A DNA stretch of 61,357 bases, counting the filler. It is 4 parts of 4 records of this genome, joined end to end, with 100 filler letters (N's around TTAATTAATTAA, not from the genome) between each part and the next. Parts side by side here need not be neighbours in the genome. Positions count along the whole stretch, not along the records: positions 24,118 to 50,714 come from SRR22947725_1572; 3 more parts are not named here. One strand, written 5' to 3'. The notes beneath the pieces were generated by a model. It worked only from the letters and a program-made list of their open reading frames with translations. It was not told the DNA's origin and searched no databases. How positions within the stretch are numbered: position 1 is the first letter of the stretch; every line of letters begins with the position of its first letter. A program made the translations under genes and the position numbers. This document shows positions 36,131 to 43,996 of the stretch, piece by piece.

Positions 36131-36835
36131 TTAATTGATCAGTGTTCCTAAATCTTTCCCAGTTAAAACATCATAAATGTTGTTGTCCTTAGTTCCATCA
36201 AATACTCTTATTGGCATTACATTTTCTTCACATAACGTTATAGCTGTTAAGTCCATTACTCCTAACTTCTTTTCAACAACATCAGTATATGAAATGTTAG
36301 CGAAAAGTTCTGCAGATTTGTCTACTTCTGGGTCAGATGAATACACGCCTTCTACTCTTGTTGATTTAAGTACTATATCTGCTTCTATCTCATTTGCTCT
36401 TAAAGAAGCTGCAGTGTCAGTTGTAAAATAAGGGTTACCTGTACCTGCTGCAAATATAACAATACGTCCTTTTTCAAGATGACGAATAGCACGTAATCGT
36501 ATGTATGGTTCAGCAACAGCGGTCATCGTTATTGCAGATTGAACACGAGTCTGAGTTCCATTTCTATCAAGGGCATCCTTTAAAGCTACAGCATTGATTA
36601 CAGTTGCTAACATACCCATGTAGTCAGCATTTGCTTGAGCCATGCCTTTTGCAGACTCTTGAACACCTCTAAAAAAGTTTCCTCCACCTACAACTACTGC
36701 AATCTCAATTCCTTCAGCATTAGCTTTAGAAATCTGATTAGCAATATTTGTTAAAATTGAAGGTGAGATACCAAAATTGGTATCTGAATCAGCAAATGAT
36801 TCTCCAGAGAGTTTTAAAAGTACTCTCTTGCTCAT
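36131..36835 (-). CDS. pyrH: UMP kinase
   Basis: [27 protein letters not shown]. Confidence 0.98.
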   Translation of the reverse strand: MSKRVLLKLSGESFADSDTNFGISPSILTNIANQISKANAEGIEIAVVVGGGNFFRGVQESAKGMAQANADYMGMLATVINAVALKDALDRNGTQTRVQSAITMTAVAEPYIRLRAIRHLEKGRIVIFAAGTGNPYFTTDTAASLRANEIEADIVLKSTRVEGVYSSDPEVDKSAELFANISYTDVVEKKLGVMDLTAITLCEENVMPIRVFDGTKDNNIYDVLTGKDLGTLIN

Positions 36836-37444
36836 TTAGAAACCTACTTCCACCCTAGAAAACTGTTTAATATAAATTTTTTCTCCTAGTTTTCCTGACA
36901 TTTCTTCTATCATAGTGCTAACTTTTCCTTCATATATCTCAGGATTGCAAAAAATTTGTTCGTTAAGAACATTGTCTTTGTAAAAAGAGACGATACGACC
37001 TTCGATTATCTTTTCAATAACTTCAGCAGGTTTACCCTCATTTTCTGATTGTTTTGAAATGATATCTTTTTCCTCTTGAAGTTTCTCTTCTGAGATGTCT
37101 TCAATGTTTAAGTAAGTTGGTTTCATAGCTGCGATATGCATGGCTATTTGCTTTGCTGCATCTTTAAATTCCTCAGATTTAGCTACAAAGTCTGTTTCGC
37201 AAGCAAGTTCAACCAATACACCAGATACTGCTCGATCTTGTTGGTAATGAATATAATCACCTATGGTTCCTTGATTAGCTTCTTTATCTGCTCTTTTTTT
37301 CGAGTCAGCTAATCCTTTCTCTCTTAAGTATTTGACCGCTGCGTCGAAATCGCCTTCGGATTCAGTTAAAGCTTTTTTAGCATCCATCATTCCTGCACCA
37401 GTCATATCTCTAAGTTTTTTAACATCAGAAGCTGAAATACTCAT
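36836..37444 (-). CDS. tsf: Elongation factor Ts, short (202 aa) form
   Basis: VKKLRDMTGAGMMDAKKAL, CETDFVA. Confidence 0.97.
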   Translation of the reverse strand: MSISASDVKKLRDMTGAGMMDAKKALTESEGDFDAAVKYLREKGLADSKKRADKEANQGTIGDYIHYQQDRAVSGVLVELACETDFVAKSEEFKDAAKQIAMHIAAMKPTYLNIEDISEEKLQEEKDIISKQSENEGKPAEVIEKIIEGRIVSFYKDNVLNEQIFCNPEIYEGKVSTMIEEMSGKLGEKIYIKQFSRVEVGF

Positions 37445-38154
37445 TAATCATCTCCCTTTTCTGCTTTTTCAGTTTGAAGCCCTGCACCTTTAGCGCAAGC
37501 TCCAGCAATCGCTGCAGTAACTACTTCTATGGATCTTATAGCATCATCATTTCCAGGAATGACAATATCTACACCAGTTGGGTCCACATTTGAATCTGCA
37601 ATACCGATAACAGGAATATTTAGTTTATTAGCTTCAGTCAAAGCAGTTGATTCATTCATAAGATCAACAATAAATATTGCATCAGGAAGTTTGTTTAAGT
37701 TAACAATTCCACCGATTGATCGGGTTAACTTTGCAATCTCTCTTCTAATTCTTAGCCTTTCTGGCTTAGGGTAGGCATTAATCTCACCAGAATCTTCAAG
37801 AGAGATAAGTTCTTTTAGATAGATAACTCTTTTTATAATAGTTTTAAAGTTTGTAAGCATTCCACCTAACCATCTATGGTTTACATAAGGCATACCAGCA
37901 GCTTCTGCTTGCTCCTGAATAACATTTTGAGCTTGAGGTTTTGTACCTACAAAAAGTACTTTCCCGCTATTTGCTACAATTTTTTGAACGAATGCTTCTG
38001 CTTCTGCAATTGCATCGTAAGTAATGCGTAAATCTAAAATGTGAATTCCGCTTTTGTCTCCGTAAATAAATTTATCCATTTTAGGGTTCCATCTTTGTGT
38101 TTGATGGCCGAAGTGAACTCCTGCTTCTAAGAGTTCTTTCATGTTCGTACTCAT
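37444..38154 (-). CDS. rpsB: 30S ribosomal protein S2
   Basis: LLEAGVHFGH, RWLGGMLTN, IPGNDDAIRS. Confidence 0.99.
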   Translation of the reverse strand: MSTNMKELLEAGVHFGHQTQRWNPKMDKFIYGDKSGIHILDLRITYDAIAEAEAFVQKIVANSGKVLFVGTKPQAQNVIQEQAEAAGMPYVNHRWLGGMLTNFKTIIKRVIYLKELISLEDSGEINAYPKPERLRIRREIAKLTRSIGGIVNLNKLPDAIFIVDLMNESTALTEANKLNIPVIGIADSNVDPTGVDIVIPGNDDAIRSIEVVTAAIAGACAKGAGLQTEKAEKGDD

Positions 38155-38156
38155 TA

Positions 38157-38245
38157 TTCTCCTTTGGTTGTTTCATCCCACATCTATTACTTTCGCGGCT
38201 TCCAAGCTTTCGCTCACCAAGGAAGCTTTAAAGATATGGTGTCTA
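38157..38245 (-). promoter_or_regulatory. Structured rpsB 5' leader (probable S2 autoregulatory element)
   Basis: Minus strand ACAC-CATATCT...GCTTCC-TTGGTG-AGC-GAAA-GCT-T-GGAAGC...AGATGTG-G...AACCAAAGGAG: nested stems with a GNRA loop and ACAC/GGTG/TGTGG elements typical of S2 leaders. Confidence 0.65.
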
Positions 38246-38280
38246 TTTCTTTTTAAATGATAACCATGAATGGTTATTAA

Positions 38281-39141
38281 TCAACCTCTAGGATGAGTTC
38301 TTTTAAATTTTTCCTTAAGTTGTTTTTTTGAAACATGTGTATAAATCTGAGTAGTACTTGGATCTGTATGGCCCAAGAGTTCTTGTACAACTCTAAGATC
38401 CGCTCCTCCATCCAGTAAATGTGTTGCAAACGTATGTCTAATACTGTGTGGAAATGTTCCTAAGCGTAATTTAACTATCCTTCTTACTTCTCTATCGGTT
38501 ATCTGGCTACCTTTAACTCCTAAATAAAGAAAATTATCCGATGATGGGGTAACTAATTTATGTCTATTTTCGGACCAGAGTAAATAATATTTATATGCTT
38601 GTTTAGTCATAGGGAGTATTCGTGTTTTACTACCCTTTCCAAGTACCCGTACCGACATATTGTTTTTTATATCCGGTAGCTGAAGATTAGTTAATTCAGA
38701 AACTCTCAATCCTGATGAGTATAAAAGTTCAACTATAGAGCGATCTCTAATTTCTTTTACTGTGGTTACGGGTATATCGTTCATTAGAGAATTTATATAA
38801 TTGCTGGTCATAACATTAGGAAGTTTTTTCTCAGTTTTTAATGCTTTGAAATTAGAGTTATCAGGAATATCCATTTTTTTAGACTTATTACACCAGTTCA
38901 AAAAAGATGTGAGTGAGGCAATCTTTCTATTTAACGTTCTCTTTGAATAATTCTCCATTGCTAGATTTTGAATATATTTCTCTAGATCTAAAGAGTTTGA
39001 AATATTAACAAAATTATAAAACTGTTTAATATCTGTTTTATACGCGAGAACAGTGTGATCAGAGTAATTTTTTAAATCTTTTATCGTAACTAAGTATTCG
39101 CTTAGCAATAAGTTCTGATCTTGTTTATTGGTTAGTTTCAA
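38281..39141 (-). CDS. xerC: Tyrosine recombinase, XerC-like
   Basis: GLRVSEL, GKGSKTR, HSIRH, LLGH, TQIYTH, HPRG; upstream of rpsB as in actinobacteria. Confidence 0.88.
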   Translation of the reverse strand: MKLTNKQDQNLLLSEYLVTIKDLKNYSDHTVLAYKTDIKQFYNFVNISNSLDLEKYIQNLAMENYSKRTLNRKIASLTSFLNWCNKSKKMDIPDNSNFKALKTEKKLPNVMTSNYINSLMNDIPVTTVKEIRDRSIVELLYSSGLRVSELTNLQLPDIKNNMSVRVLGKGSKTRILPMTKQAYKYYLLWSENRHKLVTPSSDNFLYLGVKGSQITDREVRRIVKLRLGTFPHSIRHTFATHLLDGGADLRVVQELLGHTDPSTTQIYTHVSKKQLKEKFKRTHPRG

Positions 39142-39883
39142 GTCTTTTCTCTAACTGTCTCTGAAGGGCTGAGAGGAACAATGTAATACATAGGTACAAT
39201 ACTGTTAGTACCAAATAGGTTTCTGCAAATCTAAACGTACTACCAGAATATAATCGACCTCTATAAGTAAGATCCTCCACAGCTAACACAGACAATAATG
39301 AGGAATCTTTCATCATTGAAATAAAATCATTGCCTAGAGCTGGAAGCATATTTCTGAAGGCTTGAGGAAGAACAATAAATCTCATTACTTGTCTATCAGT
39401 TAATCCAAGGGATGCTCCCCCTTCACGTTGTCCTTGAGGAACTGATTCAATACCTGCCCTGAAAACTTCAGCGATATAAGCACCATAAAAAACAGATAAA
39501 GCAATGATTGCACGAACCAACATTGGGACATTGCCATTGTTGATATTGAAAAATTCAGCAGTGTTCGCAACAAGTACAAAAGCTACAGTAAATATAAGAA
39601 TGAGAACTGGAACACCCCTGATAAATTCGATGTAGGTTCTAGATAAGGTACTTGCAACTTTATTTTTGGAAATACGACCTATTCCAGAAACTAGACCAAG
39701 AAATAATGCAATAACGAAAGATGCAAGTGTAGATAAAAAGGTAAGTTTTAAACCAGGAAGTATGAAATAAAATGCTTTGTTATATTCAGGATTGACAACA
39801 ATTATATAAAACATCCAAGCGATAATGAAAGATAAGATTATCATCCACCAGTTTTCAGGTTTGAAAAGGTTTTTAAGTTTCAT
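39125..39883 (-). CDS. Polar amino acid ABC transporter permease
   Basis: YIEFIRGVP, AYIAEVFRAGIESVPQGQ, LPQAFRNMLP, KDSSL. Confidence 0.95.
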   Translation of the reverse strand: MKLKNLFKPENWWMIILSFIIAWMFYIIVVNPEYNKAFYFILPGLKLTFLSTLASFVIALFLGLVSGIGRISKNKVASTLSRTYIEFIRGVPVLILIFTVAFVLVANTAEFFNINNGNVPMLVRAIIALSVFYGAYIAEVFRAGIESVPQGQREGGASLGLTDRQVMRFIVLPQAFRNMLPALGNDFISMMKDSSLLSVLAVEDLTYRGRLYSGSTFRFAETYLVLTVLYLCITLFLSALQRQLEKRLETNQ

Positions 39884-39894
39884 TCTTTACCATA

Positions 39895-39927
39895 TTAAAG
39901 CAATAGGCACGGATTTCCGTGCCTATT
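39895..39927 (-). terminator. Stem-loop between binding-protein and permease genes (terminator or mRNA stabiliser)
   Basis: Perfect 11-bp inverted repeat AATAGGCACGG / CCGTGCCTATT at 39902-39927, followed by GCTTTT on the minus strand. Confidence 0.75.
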
Positions 39928-39955
39928 ACAATTTAAATTTTTATAAATTTAAAAG

Positions 39956-40840
39956 TTATACTTCACAGTCCTCAGGAAGATATTCAGCTGGAATGTTTTC
40001 ATCACATTCTGCAATATCATCATAAGTTACTGAAAAATCAGGAGAGAAGAATTTAGCATTAATCTCTGCAAGTTTTCCACTGTCTTTCATAGCAGCTAAT
40101 CCTTGATTGACTACGTCAACAAGAGGGCTTCCATTAGGAAATGCAAATCCAAGTTGTTCTGAAGTAAGATCTCCACCAACTAGTTTCACTTTATCTTTGT
40201 TTGCGCCCATGTATCCAAGACCTGCTGTTTCATCAATAATTGATGCATCAGCGTCTCCTGAGATAACAGCAGCTATAGCGAAATCAAAAGTATCAAAAGC
40301 TTTGACTTTATCTTCACCTAAAGCTCCAACTGCAAACTCGTAGTTTGTTGTACCTTTTTGTACAGCAACTGTATAGTCTCCTGCTTTAAGGTCATCAATG
40401 CTCATTACCATTGAATTATCAACTGCAACAAGTACCTTTTGAGCTAAGTTTATGTAACCATCAGAAAAGTCAACAATTTCATCTCTTTCAGATGTAATTG
40501 TTATACCATCACCAGCAATCATGAACTGACCGTCAGCTGTTGCTTGGATCATTCCATCCCATGCTGTTGGAACATATACAGGGGTAAAGTTCATCAACTC
40601 TCCCATGTGATTAAAAACGTCATAATCCCAACCTAAAGCTTCGCCTGTTTCAGCGTCAATATAGTTGAATGGAAGATATGCGTTCTCAACAGCGAATGTA
40701 AATTCACATCCACCAAGATCTGGTAATCCGTTATCACCAGTTGTAATATCTACCTCGTCGCAGGGAGTAGCAGTACCTGAACAAGCAGTAGCCACCATTG
40801 CGAGAGCAAATATTAAAATAAGTGTTTTCTTATTTTTCAA
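39956..40840 (-). CDS. Amino acid ABC transporter substrate-binding lipoprotein (family 3)
   Basis: Lipobox ATAC, YLPFNY, WDGMI, GITITSER, VQKGTT; TTG start with GGAGG SD. Confidence 0.93.
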   Translation of the reverse strand: MKNKKTLILIFALAMVATACSGTATPCDEVDITTGDNGLPDLGGCEFTFAVENAYLPFNYIDAETGEALGWDYDVFNHMGELMNFTPVYVPTAWDGMIQATADGQFMIAGDGITITSERDEIVDFSDGYINLAQKVLVAVDNSMVMSIDDLKAGDYTVAVQKGTTNYEFAVGALGEDKVKAFDTFDFAIAAVISGDADASIIDETAGLGYMGANKDKVKLVGGDLTSEQLGFAFPNGSPLVDVVNQGLAAMKDSGKLAEINAKFFSPDFSVTYDDIAECDENIPAEYLPEDCEV

Positions 40841-40915
40841 TTTTTAAACCTCCGTTTAAGTTAAGTGTTAAGTATTGCATAAATATACATAAACATGAAT
40901 ATTTATTCAGAATTT

Positions 40916-41671
40916 TTATGCATCTAATGTATTTTTATAGTCCGGTTGACGTTTCTCCATAAAAGCAAGCATTCCCTCCGCAGCATCAGAATGAATAAAT
41001 CTACTTTTTTGGTTAATGCCTTCTAATTCTAATGATTCCGAGAATGTGGTATTTAAACCATTTTTGATTTGCTCTTTATTCATACAAATAGAGATGAAAC
41101 TTAAACTATCTAGTTTTTCGATTAGAGTATTTAATTCACTCTCTAACTGTGCAGAGTCGACAAGCTTGTAAAGCATATTTAAATCATTCATTGTTTGGCC
41201 ATCAATTTCTTCAGTGGTCATCATTAATTCCTTAGCTTTTTGTACCCCAATAATTCTTGGAAGCATCCACGAACCTGCAAAGTCTACGACTAACCCTCTT
41301 CTTGCAAAAACTTCAATGAATCTAGTATCCGGTGTTGCAATTATAAAATCTGACAGGAGTATCATATTCGAACCTGCTCCAGCACATATTCCATCTACAA
41401 CAGAAATAACAGGTTTCTTACAATCCCACAAAGTCTGTGCTGCTGCGGATACATCGTCCATTAAAGCATTGAGGTTTTCACCAAGTTGAGCTCCAGATGA
41501 AAAATTACCATTTGAATGAGACAAGACCAGATACTTAAGATCGCTCTTATCAAAAGAGATTATTTCCTTACGTAATTCGATCCAGTCATTTGCTGAAATA
41601 GAGTTTTTAGTTTTTGGATCATTGAAGGTAAGAACTAGAGTATTTTCTTTATTTGTCGATTCTAAAACCAT
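40916..41671 (-). CDS. Enoyl-CoA hydratase/isomerase family protein
   Basis: FSSGAQL, KPVISVVDGICAGAG, EGMLAFMEKRQP. Confidence 0.92.
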   Translation of the reverse strand: MVLESTNKENTLVLTFNDPKTKNSISANDWIELRKEIISFDKSDLKYLVLSHSNGNFSSGAQLGENLNALMDDVSAAAQTLWDCKKPVISVVDGICAGAGSNMILLSDFIIATPDTRFIEVFARRGLVVDFAGSWMLPRIIGVQKAKELMMTTEEIDGQTMNDLNMLYKLVDSAQLESELNTLIEKLDSLSFISICMNKEQIKNGLNTTFSESLELEGINQKSRFIHSDAAEGMLAFMEKRQPDYKNTLDA

Positions 41672-41677
41672 ATTCGA

Positions 41678-41702
41678 AGTTTAATAGAAATTAACTTAGA
41701 AT
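41678..41702. promoter_or_regulatory. Back-to-back -10 elements for two leaderless genes
   Basis: Minus strand TAAACT(41683-41678)-N6-ATG(41671); plus strand TAGAAT(41697-41702)-N6-ATG(41709). Confidence 0.6.
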
Positions 41703-41708
41703 GTAAGT

Positions 41709-41816
41709 ATGGGATTTGATCCAAATAGACCTTACAAAGCAAACAGAACAGATTATGTAAACATAGCTCTCTCTATAGTGCTTGCAGTTATTGCAATTAT
41801 TTGGGCATTAAGTTAA
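41709..41816 (+). CDS. Small single-pass membrane protein, 35 aa (not in ORF track)
   Basis: MGFDPNRPYKANRTDYVNIALSIVLAVIAIIWALS*; leaderless promoter geometry; fills an otherwise empty gap. Confidence 0.7.
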   Translation: MGFDPNRPYKANRTDYVNIALSIVLAVIAIIWALS

Positions 41817-42384
41817 AAGAGCTCCTGTGGAGTTCTGTTAATCCATTTTTAAATATCGCATCTCTATGTTTCAAAGTTCCATAGCCCTTATTACTAGCAA
41901 AATCATACTCTGGATATTTATCTGAGATTTTAATCATATAATTATCTCTACTCACTTTTGCAATAATACTTGCAAGTGCAATAGAGATACTTTTATCCTC
42001 TCCCCTAGTTAATGATTCGGCGTTACCTATATCAATATTGAAATGATCAACATAAATTTTTTCAGAACCACTAATTAATTTATTTATAGATTCTGAAAGC
42101 ACAACCTCATTGGCTTTCTGTATACCGTATTTATCTATTTGATTGTTGTCACATATTGAAATGGCATACATAATATCTGTATCTTTTATCTGGTTAAAGA
42201 TTACGTTTCTTTTTTTGGGACTAAGTTTTTTTGAATCTTTTACTTCTGAAAGATGTTTGGAATCTTTCTGATTAATTTTGACTGCACATCCAACGATAGG
42301 TCCAGCAAAACAACCTCTGCCGACTTCATCAGCACCTATTACATACTGATTCGGGTTTTGTTCCCAAATAGTATGTTCAATCAT
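41797..42384 (-). CDS. rnhB: Ribonuclease HII
   Basis: GADEVGRG, DSKKLS, ASIIAKVSRD, NKGYGT, HRSSF. Confidence 0.97.
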   Translation of the reverse strand: MIEHTIWEQNPNQYVIGADEVGRGCFAGPIVGCAVKINQKDSKHLSEVKDSKKLSPKKRNVIFNQIKDTDIMYAISICDNNQIDKYGIQKANEVVLSESINKLISGSEKIYVDHFNIDIGNAESLTRGEDKSISIALASIIAKVSRDNYMIKISDKYPEYDFASNKGYGTLKHRDAIFKNGLTELHRSSFNLMPK

Positions 42385-42958
42385 ATAGATTTGAGAAGTT
42401 GTTGAATGGATATACGATATAAAATGCTTTTCCTAATAAATTTTCAATTGGCACATATCCAAAAACTCTTGAGTCCTGACTGTTGCTTCTGTTATCGCCA
42501 AGTAGAAAATATTGATTATCCGGCACTGAATAGTTAGAGATTGAACTGTAGGTTTCGTTTATAAGACCATTAAAGATAAGTAAGTTATCATTTCTGTAAA
42601 TATCCCCATCCTTATCAATTCTTATGTTATCTCCTGGCAAACCAATTATTCTTTTAATATAGACTATTTCATTTTGACCGTTGAATAATCTATCCCACAC
42701 TTGCAAATAATCTATAAGCTTTTCTGTCTCTGAATTATTTGAATGTGTTTCTGGATGGTAGAAAACTACAACATCTCCAACTTTATAGTCAATATCCAAA
42801 ATGTCATCCTTTACAACAATAACTCTGTCAGAAACAGAAATTGTAGGGGTCATCGATTCGGATGGAATAATATATAATTGAAAAAAATATGTCCTTACTA
42901 GGGTAGCTAGTAATAGTGCTACAACGAGTGTTACTAAATTCTTAAAGATTTTTATGAT
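42377..42958 (-). CDS. lepB: Signal peptidase I; frame extends 35 codons above the tracked ATG, start codon uncertain
   Basis: In-frame upstream IIKIFKNLVTLVVALLLATLVRTYFFQLYIIPSESM contains the TM anchor and catalytic Ser; YIKRIIGLPGD; GDNRSNSQDSR. Confidence 0.9.
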   Translation of the reverse strand: MIKIFKNLVTLVVALLLATLVRTYFFQLYIIPSESMTPTISVSDRVIVVKDDILDIDYKVGDVVVFYHPETHSNNSETEKLIDYLQVWDRLFNGQNEIVYIKRIIGLPGDNIRIDKDGDIYRNDNLLIFNGLINETYSSISNYSVPDNQYFLLGDNRSNSQDSRVFGYVPIENLLGKAFYIVYPFNNFSNLYD

Positions 42959-42975
42959 ATTCTAATATTAATAAG

Positions 42976-43320
42976 TTATGAACGATCTTCTTTAATTTTT
43001 GCAGATTTACCGACTCTGTCTCTTAAGTAATAGAGTTTAGATCTTCGAACTTTACCTTTTCTTGTTACTTCAATGGAATCAACAATAGGAGCATGTACAG
43101 GAAATATTCTCTCGACACCAACTCCAAAAGATAGTTTACGAACTGTTATAGTTTTGTTTATCGCAACACCATTGGTTGCAATAATTACACCTTCGAAAGT
43201 CTGGATTCTCTCACGGTTTCCTTCTGAAACTTTTACATTTACTTTAACGGAATCGCCTGCTTTGTAGGAAGGTAACTCTTCTTTTAGGTTTGACTTTTCT
43301 ATTTCTTCAATTAAATTCAT
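42976..43320 (-). CDS. rplS: 50S ribosomal protein L19
   Basis: [27 protein letters not shown]. Confidence 0.99.
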   Translation of the reverse strand: MNLIEEIEKSNLKEELPSYKAGDSVKVNVKVSEGNRERIQTFEGVIIATNGVAINKTITVRKLSFGVGVERIFPVHAPIVDSIEVTRKGKVRRSKLYYLRDRVGKSAKIKEDRS

Positions 43321-43357
43321 AACTTCTCCAGTAGAGGATTATATAAGTTATTTTGCT

Positions 43358-43996
43358 TTATATGTCCCTTAAATTATTCTTTTTCCACTCTTCAATTTTT
43401 TTATGATTTCCGGACAAAAGAACCTCTGGTACTTCCATATTTTTGTAAATCTCTGGCCTTGTGTATACAGGATGATCTAGTTTCCCATCTGTAAAAGACT
43501 CAGTTAGTAATGATTCTGAATTCCCAAGTGCTCCAGGTATTTTTCTTATCATCGCTTCTAAAAGAAACATGGCAGGAACTTCTCCACCAGATACTACTGT
43601 TTTACCTACAGAAATTTGATAATCAGAGTGGATATCAATAATTCTTTGATCAAAACCTTCATATCGTCCACAAATAATATTCGCTGATTTAAATGTATGA
43701 AGTTCCTCAATTAACGGTTCGTCGAGTTGTTTTCCTGATGGGGTTAAAAAAATATTGATATCTGAAGTTACAGAAGATATTGCATTATCTAACGGTTCTG
43801 GCATTAAGACCATACCTGGTCCTCCTCCATATGGAGCATCGTCGACTTGCCGATAATCACCCAAGCCATACTCTCTTAAATCAGTTGTGGAGATATTGAA
43901 TAAATCATTGTCATGTGCTTTCGATATGATTCCTGTTTCTAACCATGCTTCAATTAAATTTGGAAATAAAGTAACGATATTATATTTTGATAACAT
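43358..43996 (-). CDS. trmD: tRNA (guanine37-N1) methyltransferase
   Basis: VDDAPYGGGPGMV, CGRYEGFDQR, SGGE, LLSGNH. Confidence 0.97.
   Translation of the reverse strand: MLSKYNIVTLFPNLIEAWLETGIISKAHDNDLFNISTTDLREYGLGDYRQVDDAPYGGGPGMVLMPEPLDNAISSVTSDINIFLTPSGKQLDEPLIEELHTFKSANIICGRYEGFDQRIIDIHSDYQISVGKTVVSGGEVPAMFLLEAMIRKIPGALGNSESLLTESFTDGKLDHPVYTRPEIYKNMEVPEVLLSGNHKKIEEWKKNNLRDI

Noticed and set aside
36836-37444. Truncated EF-Ts
   Set aside because: The ~200-aa form is a known natural variant (e.g. Thermus, cyanobacteria)
38281-39141. Phage or island integrase
   Set aside because: Size, HPRG ending and position before rpsB fit chromosomal XerC; no att repeats, tRNA or cargo genes
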